Origin: an uncultured Acidobacteriota bacterium
GTDB lineage: Bacteria > Acidobacteriota > JAQAZP01
Reading direction: 5' to 3'
Assembly: GCA_963836075.1 (NCBI GenBank)
Contig: CAWIIB010000009.1
Coordinates: 768,001-832,000 of the forward strand
Length of the DNA: 64,000 bases
The notes under the pieces: generated by a model
What the model saw: the letters and a program-made list of their open reading frames with translations, nothing else
Told to the model about the DNA's origin: nothing
The model's database searches: none
Position numbers and translations under genes: made by a program
Shown: piece by piece, positions 9,903-19,237 of the stretch
How the letters are laid out: the number at the start of each line of letters is the position of its first letter
Position numbering within the stretch: position 1 is the stretch's first letter

Positions 9903-9980
9903 CCTGCTGACCGGAAATGCCGCGGCAGGGTAATCCGTCCTGCCGCGGCGGTTTATTGCGGATTGATGAGGAAAGATAGG

Positions 9981-10358
9981 ATGAAAATCGAGAGAAACCA
10001 GGTCTTCCGGTGCGAGCATTGTGGTAATATCGCCGACGTCCTCCACGGTGGCGGACCAAAGCTCTTCTGTTGTGGCAAGCCGATGGTCCTCCTCGAGGAG
10101 AACACCGTGGACGCCGCAGTGGAAAAGCACGTTCCGGTGGTCACCAAAGTTGGCGGCGGATTCAAGGTGGCCGTGGGCGACGTGGCCCACCCGATGGCCG
10201 ATGACCACAATATCGAGTGGATCGAAGTGCTGGCCGGCAGTGCCGTGCACCGCCAGTTTCTCAACCCCGGCGAGGCGCCGGAAGCATTCTTCGCGCTGGG
10301 AGCCGACAGCGTGACGGCCCGCGCCTACTGCAACCTCCACGGCTTCTGGAAAAGCTAG
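9981..10358 (+). CDS. dfx: Desulfoferrodoxin (2Fe superoxide reductase)
   Basis: CxxC...CCG desulforedoxin domain, EKHVP, HPM...H.IEWI, YCNLHG. Confidence 0.95.
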   Translation: MKIERNQVFRCEHCGNIADVLHGGGPKLFCCGKPMVLLEENTVDAAVEKHVPVVTKVGGGFKVAVGDVAHPMADDHNIEWIEVLAGSAVHRQFLNPGEAPEAFFALGADSVTARAYCNLHGFWKS

Positions 10359-10369
10359 AGGAAAAAGTT

Positions 10370-10891
10370 ATGTTGAATGAAACCGTTGAAAAGAAACTCA
10401 ATTCACAGATCAACGCCGAGCTCTTTTCGGCTTATCTCTACTATTCGATGGCCAACTACTTCGAGTCGATCAGCCTCTCCGGTGCGGCTCATTGGATGCG
10501 CAACCAGGTGATGGAAGAGCTGATTCACGTGCAGAAGTTCGTGACCTACGTCAACGAGCGCCGGGGCACGGTGAAGCTGGAGGCCATCGAGGGCCCGCAG
10601 GTCGAGTGGAAGACGCCGCTGGACGCCTTCGAGGCGGCCTACGAGCACGAGATCCACATCACCGGGCGGATCAACAAGCTGCTCGACGTGGCCCTGAAAG
10701 AGAGCGACCACGCCACCGCCAACTTCCTGCAGTGGTTCGTGGCCGAGCAGGTGGAAGAGGAAGCTTCGGCCGACGCCATCGTGCAGCAGCTGAAGATGGT
10801 GGGGGACAACAAGGGCGGTCTGTTCATGGTGGACAAGGAACTGGCCGGCCGCACCGTGACCCTTCCCCCCGAGCTGACCGGCGGGGCATAA
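10370..10891 (+). CDS. ftnA: Non-heme ferritin
   Basis: QINAELFSAYLY, EE..H, HE..IT, FLQWFVAEQVEEE. Confidence 0.93.
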   Translation: MLNETVEKKLNSQINAELFSAYLYYSMANYFESISLSGAAHWMRNQVMEELIHVQKFVTYVNERRGTVKLEAIEGPQVEWKTPLDAFEAAYEHEIHITGRINKLLDVALKESDHATANFLQWFVAEQVEEEASADAIVQQLKMVGDNKGGLFMVDKELAGRTVTLPPELTGGA

Positions 10892-11021
10892 CCCCCAGGC
10901 GGCCCTGTTCGTGACCCGGAAACAGTTCCGCACGGTCCGGCCTCCGGGCCGGCCGTGCGGTCATGTTTAAAAAGTACTGGTTTTTCATATTTATCAACCC
11001 ATTCCGGAACAGGAGTCGAAC

Positions 11022-11477
11022 ATGAGTGACTGGAATTCCATCGATGAGATCTTTGACTTCGCCATCAAGAACGAAGTGGAGGCAGCCGCCTTCTACCGCG
11101 ACCTGGTGACCAAGAGCGACAGCGCCCAGATCCGGACCATCTTCGAGGGCTTCGCCCGCGAGGAGGACGGACACAAGGCCAAACTGGAGCGGGTCCGGGC
11201 CGGCGGCGAGTTCAAGATGCCCAAGGAAAAGATCATGGATCTCAAGATCGCCGACTACCTGGTGGACGTGGAGCCCGAGGAAGGCACCGACTACCAGCGG
11301 GCGCTGATCCTGGCCATGCACAAGGAAAAGGCCGCTTTCAAGCTCTACACCGACCTCGCCGCTGCCGCCGACGACCAGAAGGTCAAGGACCTGATGATGT
11401 CGCTGGCCAACGAGGAAGCAAAGCACAAGCTGCGTTTCGAGATCGAGTACGACGACAACATCCTGATGGAAAACTGA
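11022..11477 (+). CDS. Ferritin-like/rubrerythrin family diiron protein
   Basis: AI..E.EA..FY, EEDGH, EK.A..LY, EEAKH duplicated ExxH motifs. Confidence 0.88.
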   Translation: MSDWNSIDEIFDFAIKNEVEAAAFYRDLVTKSDSAQIRTIFEGFAREEDGHKAKLERVRAGGEFKMPKEKIMDLKIADYLVDVEPEEGTDYQRALILAMHKEKAAFKLYTDLAAAADDQKVKDLMMSLANEEAKHKLRFEIEYDDNILMEN

Positions 11478-11625
11478 CCCACCGGTAGCCAGCGGCGGCC
11501 GCCGGCCAGCTGAGCCGACCGTCCCGGGAGGCAGGGCAGCGAAACGCCCGCTTCCCGGGGTCCGGCCGACCGCGGCCAGGGGCTGCCACAGCTGAGCACC
11601 CCTGGAAGCGAGACGCTCACCGCTG

Positions 11626-12834
11626 ATGAACAACCGTCTTCTGGACAATATCCACTGGGTGGGTTACGTCGACTGGACCGTGAGAGACTTTCACGGGTAC
11701 GAAACGTCGCACGGCACCACCTACAACGCCTACCTCGTCCGCGACGAGAAAACCGCTCTGATCGACACCGCCAAGGAATCCTTCGCCGACAAGCTGCTGT
11801 CCAACATCTCGGCCCTGGCCGACCCGGCCGACATCGACTACATCGTCTGCAACCATGCCGAACCGGATCACGCCGGCGCCTTCCCGGCGATGGTCAAAGC
11901 CTGTCCGCGGGCCGAGGTAGTCTGCAACGCCAAGGGCAAGGCCGCTCTGGAAAAGCACCACGACACCTCTGACTGGAAGTGGCGGGTGGTGGAGGATGGT
12001 GAATCGATCCCCCTCGGCAAAAATCGCACGCTGCGGTTCCACGACACGCCCATGGCCCACTGGCCGGAGTCGATGGTCACCTTCATCCCCGAAGAGAAGC
12101 TGCTCTTCTCCATGGACATCTTCGGCCAGCACTTCGCCTCGGCCGGAAGGTTCGAGGAGGAGGAGCCCTTTGACGTGATCATGCAGGAGGCCAAGACCTA
12201 CTTCGCCAACATCCTGATGCTCTACGGCCCCATGGTGACCAGGAACCTGAACAAGCTGGCCACGCTGGAACCGGAGATCATCGCCCCCAGCCACGGGGTG
12301 ATCTGGCGCGGCAAGGTCCCCACCATCCTCGAGGCCTACCACCGGTGGGCAGAGCACAAACCCGAGCCCAAGGTGCTGGTGATCTACGACTCGATGTGGA
12401 AGAGCACCGAGAAGATGGCCCACGCGATCCTCGACGGGGCCGCGGTCTCCGGCGTGGAGGCCAAACTGTTCCACATCCGCTCAAGCAACATCACCACCCT
12501 GGCCACCGAGACCCTGGACGCCGCGGCCATCGCCTTCGGCTCCTCGACCCTCAACGCCACCCTGATGCCCCAGGCCGCCGCGGTGCTGACCTACCTCAAG
12601 GGGCTCAAGCCGTTGCGCAAAGCGGGGTTCGCTTTCGGCTCCTACGGCTGGACCAAGGCGGGGATCAAGGACGTGGAGCGCTACCTGGAATCGATGAAGT
12701 TCGACCTGCTGCGCGAGCCGTTGGTCTCGCAGTATGTGCCCGATGCTGACAAGCTGGAGGAGTGCCGCCAGGCCGGGGCACTGCTGGCCCGCAGAGCCCT
12801 GGAAGTGACCGGTGCCACGGAGGAGGTTTCCTGA
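11626..12834 (+). CDS. fprA: Flavodiiron protein FprA (A-type flavoprotein)
   Basis: GTTYNAYL, NHAEPDH, HWPES, DIFGQH, PSHG, flavodoxin domain YDSMWKST, FGSYGW. Confidence 0.93.
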   Translation: MNNRLLDNIHWVGYVDWTVRDFHGYETSHGTTYNAYLVRDEKTALIDTAKESFADKLLSNISALADPADIDYIVCNHAEPDHAGAFPAMVKACPRAEVVCNAKGKAALEKHHDTSDWKWRVVEDGESIPLGKNRTLRFHDTPMAHWPESMVTFIPEEKLLFSMDIFGQHFASAGRFEEEEPFDVIMQEAKTYFANILMLYGPMVTRNLNKLATLEPEIIAPSHGVIWRGKVPTILEAYHRWAEHKPEPKVLVIYDSMWKSTEKMAHAILDGAAVSGVEAKLFHIRSSNITTLATETLDAAAIAFGSSTLNATLMPQAAAVLTYLKGLKPLRKAGFAFGSYGWTKAGIKDVERYLESMKFDLLREPLVSQYVPDADKLEECRQAGALLARRALEVTGATEEVS

Positions 12835-12995
12835 TGCAAAGCTACGTTTGTGAGATCTGCAACTACGTCTATAATCCGGAAACAGGGGACGAGGACACCG
12901 GCATCGCCCCGGGGACGGCCTTCAAGGATATCCCCGAAGGCTGGCTCTGCCCCATCTGCGGCGCGGAAAAGGACCAGTTCTCACCGGTTGAATAG
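12834..12995 (+). CDS. rub: Rubredoxin
   Basis: YVCEICNYVY...IAPGTAF.DIPEGWLCPICG; GGAGG RBS, overlaps the fprA stop. Confidence 0.95.
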   Translation: MQSYVCEICNYVYNPETGDEDTGIAPGTAFKDIPEGWLCPICGAEKDQFSPVE

Positions 12996-13011
12996 TTCAA
13001 ATTCGAAATTC

Positions 13012-13123
13012 GGGGACGTACATGAATATATGAAATTTTCGCAGTTGTTTGCAGGCTAGCCGTTGCTCAATGCCCATGCAGGTCAACGGATTGCAAAAAA
13101 TTCATATATTCATGTACGTCCCC
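13012..13123. repeat. REP/MITE-like palindromic element (GGGGACGTACATGAAT family), copy 1
   Basis: Terminal inverted repeats GGGGACGTACATGAATATATGAA...TTCATATATTCATGTACGTCCCC. Confidence 0.85.
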
Positions 13124-13152
13124 AAACTCCAAACTCCGGAGGCCAACAGACC

Positions 13153-13725
13153 ATGAGTCTCAAGGGAACGCGGACGGAAAAGAACCTGCTCACCGCCTTT
13201 GCCGGCGAGTCGCAGGCCAGGAACCGCTACACCTACTATGCCGGTGCGGCGCGCAAGGAAGGCTACCGCCAGATCGCCGAGATCTTCGAGGAGACGGCGA
13301 ACCAGGAGCGGGAGCACGCCAAACGGATGTTCAAGTTCCTCGAGGGGGGCGACGTGGAGATCACCGCCGCCTTTCCGGCCGGGGTCATTGGCACCACCCT
13401 GGAGAACCTCAAGGCGGCGGCCGCCGGCGAGAACCACGAGTGGACCGACATGTATCCCGTGATCGCCCGGGTGGCCCGCGAGGAGGGGTTCAACGAGATC
13501 GCGGCCGTGTTCGACGCCATCTCCGTCGCCGAGAAGCAGCACGAGAAGCGGTTCAAGGATCTGGCTGCCAACATCGAGGCGGGCACCGTCTTCAAGAAGG
13601 ACGAGCCCACCACCTGGCGCTGCCTCAACTGCGGCTACCTCCACGAGGGGCCTGAAGCTCTGGCGATGTGCCCGGCCTGCGCCCACCCTACGGCTCACTT
13701 CGAGCTGCTGGGCGAGAACTGGTAG
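13153..13725 (+). CDS. rbr: Rubrerythrin
   Basis: TEKNLLTAFAGESQARNRY, E.EHAK, EKQHE, C-terminal CLNCGY...CPACAHP. Confidence 0.95.
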   Translation: MSLKGTRTEKNLLTAFAGESQARNRYTYYAGAARKEGYRQIAEIFEETANQEREHAKRMFKFLEGGDVEITAAFPAGVIGTTLENLKAAAAGENHEWTDMYPVIARVAREEGFNEIAAVFDAISVAEKQHEKRFKDLAANIEAGTVFKKDEPTTWRCLNCGYLHEGPEALAMCPACAHPTAHFELLGENW

Positions 13726-13734
13726 AAGGGGATC

Positions 13735-13847
13735 GGGGACGTACATGAATATATGAATTTTTTGGCTGTTGTTTGAAGGCTAGCTGTCGTTCAATGCCCA
13801 TACAGGTCAGCGGATTGTAAAAAATTCATATATTCATGTACGTCCCC
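13735..13847. repeat. REP/MITE-like palindromic element, copy 2
   Basis: Same terminal IRs and similar spacer as 13012-13123. Confidence 0.85.
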
Positions 13848-13925
13848 GATTTCGTCTGCAGTAGACTTCGACCATCGGCTAAGTCGCCGACTTTTTATAC
13901 TTTTTGTGTACATCCCCCTTAAAGC

Positions 13926-14957
13926 ATGAACACACCACGCTGGAACCCGCCGTCCCACTGGCCGATGGTCACCACCATCGAGGCCCACACGGCGGGTGAG
14001 CCGCTGCGGGTCATCACCGGCGGCATCCCTCCTCTCCCCGGCGACACCATTCTCGAGAAACGCCGCCACTTCCAGCAGAACCTCGACCAGTTGCGCCGGG
14101 CCCTGATGTGGGAACCACGGGGCCACGCCGACATGTACGGCGCGCTGCCGGTGGAGCCGGTGACCGACGACGGCGACCTCGGCGTGCTCTTCCTGCACAA
14201 CGAGGGGTTCAGTTCCATGTGCGGTCACGGCATCATCGCCCTGGCCACCGTGGTTCTCGACACCGGCATGATCCAGCGGGACGGGGACAACCCGGTGCTG
14301 CGCATCGACTCCCCGGCCGGGCGGATCACCGCCACAGCCCACCGCCATGACGGCAAAGTCAGCTCGGTCTCCTTCACCAACGTTCCGTCCTATGTCCACT
14401 TCACGGACCGCTCCGTCCACGTCCCTGGCATCGGCACCGTCCACTACCAGCTGGCTTTTGGCGGGGCCTACTACGCCTTTGTGGATGCCGGCCCGCTGGG
14501 TCTCGGCCTCGAGCCGGATGATGCGGGCACGCTCATCGACACCGGCCGCCGCATCAAAGCGGCGGTGGCCGCGGCGGAAGAGATCCGCCACCCCTTCGAG
14601 CCCGACCTCGGCTTCCTCTACGGCGTGATCTTCACCGGCCCACCGCTCGTCCCGGCGCACCACAGCCGCAACGTCTGCATCTTTGCAAACGGCGAGCTGG
14701 ACCGCTCGCCCACCGGCACCGGGGTCAGCGCCCGGGCGGCAATCCACCACCTGGACGGCACGCTGGAGCCGGGTCGATCGATCACCATCGAGAGCATCCT
14801 CGGCACCACCTTCGACGTCCAGGTCACTGAAACCCTCGAGTTCGGCGGCTTCCCCGCGGTGATCCCCGAGGTCACCGGCAGCGCCCACATCACCGGCCAG
14901 AGCCGGTTCTGTATCGATCCCGACGACCCCCTGGGAGAGGGGTTCTTTATCAGGTAG
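13926..14957 (+). CDS. Proline racemase family protein, probable trans-3-hydroxy-L-proline dehydratase
   Basis: HTAGEP, EPRGHADMYG, MCGH and DRSPTGTG (Cys/Thr pair characteristic of dehydratases rather than Cys/Cys racemases). Confidence 0.85.
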   Translation: MNTPRWNPPSHWPMVTTIEAHTAGEPLRVITGGIPPLPGDTILEKRRHFQQNLDQLRRALMWEPRGHADMYGALPVEPVTDDGDLGVLFLHNEGFSSMCGHGIIALATVVLDTGMIQRDGDNPVLRIDSPAGRITATAHRHDGKVSSVSFTNVPSYVHFTDRSVHVPGIGTVHYQLAFGGAYYAFVDAGPLGLGLEPDDAGTLIDTGRRIKAAVAAAEEIRHPFEPDLGFLYGVIFTGPPLVPAHHSRNVCIFANGELDRSPTGTGVSARAAIHHLDGTLEPGRSITIESILGTTFDVQVTETLEFGGFPAVIPEVTGSAHITGQSRFCIDPDDPLGEGFFIR

Positions 14958-14980
14958 TTTCCACCAAGGAGGATTCCGGC

Positions 14981-16640
14981 ATGAGAACCGCCCGACCCGC
15001 CCTGCTCTTTCTGGCCGTCCTGCTGGCCGGCGTCCTCGCCGCGGCCGACGGCTTCAGCTGCACCAACATCATCATCGGCCGCGAGGCCACGGTGGACGGC
15101 AGCGTGATCACCTCCCACACCGGCTGCGCCCCCGACTGCCGGGTGCACGTGGTCCCGGCCATGACCCACGAGAAGGGCGCCATGGCCCCGGTCTTTTTCG
15201 GACTGCTGGACGCCAAGGTGCCCTTCAAGCAGTATGGCGAGGTGATCGGCCAGATCCCCCAGGCGGAGCAGACCTACCGCTATTTCCACTCGGCCTACTC
15301 GCACATGAACGAGCACCAGCTGGCCATCGCCGAGAGCACTATGAGCCAGCGGCCCGAGCTGGAGGTGGAACGGACAGAAGAGTTCGCTCCGAAGCAGATC
15401 ATGACCATCGAGCAGGCCCAGGCCTTTGCCATGCAGCGCTGCAGGACGGCCCGGGAAGCCATCACCCTCATCGGGTCACTGATGGACCAGTACCGGCTTC
15501 CTCCCCTCATCGGGCCCCAACCCGGAGGCGCTCTGCATCGCCGACCCCCAGGAGGCCTGGGTCTTCGAGGTATTCAGTGTGGGTAAGGAGTGGGCCCCGG
15601 ACAGCAGCAAACCCGGCGCCATCTGGGCCGCACAACGGGTGCCCGACGACCATGCGGCGGCGGTGCCAAACTGGAGCATCATCAAGGAGATCGACCTCTC
15701 CCGGCCCGACTGGTTCATGGCCTCGGGAAACTATATGCAGTTCGCCGTCGACCGCGGCTGGTATGACCCGGAGGGCAACCGGCCCTTCGTCTGGCAGGAT
15801 GTCTACGCGCCCACCGTCACCGGCGAAAGCGCCATCGGCCGGCTCTGGCTCTTCTACTCCACCATCGCCCCCTCGCTGAGGGAATACCCCGACAAATCAC
15901 TGGCCAAGCCGTTCACCGGGTACGACGCCTACCACCACCCCCGGGAGCCGCTCTCCTTCTACCCCTTTTCGGCCAAACCGGAAGTGCTCCTCTCGGTGCA
16001 GGACGTGATCGCCTTCCAGCGCTCCACCTTCGAGGGAACGATCTACGACATGACCGCCGACACCGACTGGCTGGTGCCGGACGAGGAGGGCAACCTGGTG
16101 AAGAGCCCGCTCACCACCCCCTTTCCCACCTCGCACATGCGGGAGCTGCTGGACATCACCTGGCACCGCAACGTCTCCAAGGGCGGCTACGGCATGGTGG
16201 CCCAGTGCCGCTCCTGGCTGCCCGACGACATCGGCGGGGTCTACTGGCTCTACCTCGACAACCAGTACATGAGCACCTACGTGCCGATTCACGCCGGCGT
16301 GCAGTCCATCCACCCCGGTTTCCAGACCTACGACCCCGAACAGTACAGCGAGGGGTCGGCCCGCTGGCTGATCGACTTCATCGACAACATGCTCTATCTC
16401 AGATTCCAGAATGCGATCGAGGACGTCCGGGCGGTGCGCGACCCGCTGGAGGCCGAGTTCTTCAACTCCCAGCCCCAGCTGGAAGAGCAGGCCCTGGAAC
16501 TCTACCGCACATCCCCGGCCGAGGCCCGGAAGTTCCTCACCGAACTGGCCACCGAACGGATGGAGCGGGTGATGCAGATGTATCGCACCCTGCGCGGCGT
16601 GCTGATCACCAAGTACACCAACAACCACGAGTGGTTGTGA
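14981..16640 (+). CDS. C69 family dipeptidase, secreted (frameshift near 15493, probably an assembly error)
   Basis: Signal peptide then CT.IIIGREATVDGSVITSH (N-terminal nucleophile Cys), MNEHQLAIAEST, WAAQRVPDD; removing one base joins the two ORFs. Confidence 0.85.
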
Positions 16641-16869
16641 GAGGCCGGTCAGAGGGATTGCGCTCGGGTGCATTGCAGCAGTCCCGGATCCACCACCGTT
16701 TCAACTGTTTCATCTGTTTCATCTGTTTCGCCTGATCGGGAATGTAACGCTAGATTACGTTATTGTTGTTTCAAATGAAACAGAGTACCAACTTTGTCTT
16801 CCTCGGACCACCGAGCTCTTTTCATCCAAACTATAGTATATCTATTGTTTACACTAAGAATATCGACTT

Positions 16870-16885
16870 TGGCATGATTGTTGCT
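16870..16885 (+). promoter_or_regulatory. sigma54 promoter with upstream palindrome TGTTTCAAATGAAACA (16767-16782)
   Basis: TGGCAT-GATTG-TTGCT matches the -24/-12 consensus; palindrome about 100 bp upstream is enhancer-like. Confidence 0.75.
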
Positions 16886-16974
16886 CTCTATACCCTTGCC
16901 AGCTGAGTTCCTATTTACACAATTATCGAGATATACAGCGGCTTGAAACGTCCACCTTTCGAGGAGGTATTGAA

Positions 16975-18948
16975 GTGAGGGAATTTATTGCTACCAGAGA
17001 TCGGTCTCACCGCCCCGGTTCAGTTTTCACTCTTTTTGCCATTGTCACATTTTTGACGATTTTGCTTGCACCTGTCATTTCTTTGGCACAGATCCCCGAA
17101 CATGATGCCATCACCGAGTATACAGGCCCCGAGACCTGCGTGGCCTGCCACGAGGAGGAGGCGACGGAGCTCCACGCCACCGCCCACTACCAGTGGACCG
17201 GCCCCACCCCCTTCGCCACCAACATCGAGGGCGAAGCTGGCAAGGACGTGCTGGGGTTCAATACCTACTGCGGCAGCCCGGGAACCTCGCGCCGGATCGC
17301 CTGCTCCGGCTGTCACGCCGGCAACGGCGGCGCACCGATGCCCGATCCCACCACCGCCCAGCTGAACAACATCGACTGCCTGATGTGCCACCAGAACGAC
17401 TATGCCAGGAAACCGGCCGGCCCCTTCGAGACCGTGAGCGCCACCGGCCACGACGGCGTGTTCCGCTCCTGGCAGCTGCCGGTGGAGGACGCTGACGGCA
17501 GTTTCCTCTTCGAGCCCAACGAGGCGGTGATGGGGATCACCGTTTTGGAGGCGGCGCAAACCGTCCACATGCCCACCCGCACCACCTGCCTCCGCTGCCA
17601 CGCCTACGCCGCCGGCTCGGACTGTGGCAAGCGGGGTGACCTGGGCACCGGCAGCATCGACCCCCCGATTTCGGCGGACATCCACATGTCACCCGCCGGC
17701 ATGAACATGACCTGCCAGGACTGCCACCTGGCGACGGATCACCGGGTGATGGGCCGCGGCCTTGACCTCCGTCCCAGCGAGATCGCCGAGCAGATGACCT
17801 GCCTGACCGCAGACTGTCACACGACACAGGAGCATGACAGCTGGCGGCTGAACGACCACACCGCCCGGGTGGCCTGCCAGACCTGTCACATCCCCGAATA
17901 CGCCAAGCTGGGCTCCACCGAAATGTCCCGGCACTGGGATACCCCCTACTTCGCCCCGGGGCTGTTCAGCGCCCAGGGCGGGTTCAAGCCCGAGGAGGGC
18001 CGCGCCTCCAACGTCACGCCCACCTATACCTGGTATGACGGGACCTCCCGGGTCTACGTCCTGGGTGATGTGCCGGAGCTGAACAGCGCCGGCCAGTATG
18101 CGCTGGGTATTCCCAACGGAGCCAGCACCACCCGGGAGGGAAAGATCCACCCGATGAAGGAGCACGTCTCCACCTCGGCGCAGCACGACGCCACCGGGCA
18201 GCTGATCCCCCACTCCACCTTCACCTACTTCCTCACCGGCGACTTTGACCAGGCGGTGGCCGACGGCCAGGCCGCTTCGGGGCTCACCGGCAGCTGGACC
18301 GAAGTGGAGGTGCACACCTTCCAGACGATCAACCACGGCGTGGAGCTGCACGACGACGCCCTCGACTGCGGCGCTTGCCACGACTCGATGCAGGGCGGGC
18401 CGCTGGTCATGGACCTGCAGGGCGACCTGGGCTATGAGCTGAAGGGGCCGGAGAGCACGGTCTGCACTCAGTGCCACGAGTGGGAGAATCCAGATGACTT
18501 CCAGGAGACCCACGACAAGCACGTCAGGGAAGAGGGCATCGACTGCCTCTGGTGCCACACCTTCTCCCGGCCCGGCGGCAGCACCCTGGAAGCCGATTTC
18601 AGCCTGACGCCGGACGAGGGCGTGCTGCCCTTCCAGACCCGGATGACCGCCTCTCTGGCCAACCCCTACACCGGCTCCACCCGGCGGGTGTCGGCACGGC
18701 TCAACGCGAGCCTGGCCGATGGCAAGTACTACGGCTCCTGGCGGGCGGGCACCACCAACATCGCCGCCGGAGACAGCTTCAGCATCACCTGGATCCAGAA
18801 CATCCCGGCGCTGGCCTCGCTGATCGGAACGAACACCTTCGCCCTGGTGGCCCAGGACACCACCCCGGCACCGTACAACGAGCCGCCCTACCCGCCGGCC
18901 GGCTCCACCGACAGTTCCGCCGCCATGCTGCTGGGCATGGCACCCTGA
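16975..18948 (+). CDS. Multiheme cytochrome c (octaheme tetrathionate reductase-like core, about 10 hemes) with shared 121-aa C-terminal domain
   Basis: Signal peptide; 9 CxxCH plus one CxxxxCH (CLTADCH); HYQWTG, NTYC, IDCLMCH, INHGV motifs resembling Otr; GAGGAGG RBS. Confidence 0.85.
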   Translation: MREFIATRDRSHRPGSVFTLFAIVTFLTILLAPVISLAQIPEHDAITEYTGPETCVACHEEEATELHATAHYQWTGPTPFATNIEGEAGKDVLGFNTYCGSPGTSRRIACSGCHAGNGGAPMPDPTTAQLNNIDCLMCHQNDYARKPAGPFETVSATGHDGVFRSWQLPVEDADGSFLFEPNEAVMGITVLEAAQTVHMPTRTTCLRCHAYAAGSDCGKRGDLGTGSIDPPISADIHMSPAGMNMTCQDCHLATDHRVMGRGLDLRPSEIAEQMTCLTADCHTTQEHDSWRLNDHTARVACQTCHIPEYAKLGSTEMSRHWDTPYFAPGLFSAQGGFKPEEGRASNVTPTYTWYDGTSRVYVLGDVPELNSAGQYALGIPNGASTTREGKIHPMKEHVSTSAQHDATGQLIPHSTFTYFLTGDFDQAVADGQAASGLTGSWTEVEVHTFQTINHGVELHDDALDCGACHDSMQGGPLVMDLQGDLGYELKGPESTVCTQCHEWENPDDFQETHDKHVREEGIDCLWCHTFSRPGGSTLEADFSLTPDEGVLPFQTRMTASLANPYTGSTRRVSARLNASLADGKYYGSWRAGTTNIAAGDSFSITWIQNIPALASLIGTNTFALVAQDTTPAPYNEPPYPPAGSTDSSAAMLLGMAP

Positions 18949-19049
18949 CCCATGACCTCCGGTCCGGCGTCCCACCCCCCGGGCGCCGGGCCGGGAGCGC
19001 CGCTTTCACCTTGCATAATCGAACGTTCTCTTAAGGAACAAGTCCCATT

Positions 19050-19159
19050 TGTCATCGCGAGGAGCAGGCGCAGCCTGCGACGTGGCGATCTCGCTGTCAG
19101 CGATATTGTCGCTTTTGAGACTGCCGCGTCGCCCGCTTCGCGGGCTCCTCGCAGTGACA
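19050..19159. repeat. Palindromic repeat TGTCATCGCGAGGAGC...CTCCTCGCAGTGACA
   Basis: Long imperfect inverted repeat; second copy at 49051-49157. Confidence 0.75.
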
Positions 19160-19237
19160 ATGTTGGCACCGTTCCTTTCACTGACTTCCCGCGTCCCCCG
19201 CGGGTCAGTGGCTCGCGATGACAAGAGGCGGTCCGTC

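Noticed and set aside
13012-13847. Possible CRISPR array or IS element from repeated sequences
   Set aside because: The repeats are dispersed palindromes without regular spacers; no cas or transposase genes in the window.
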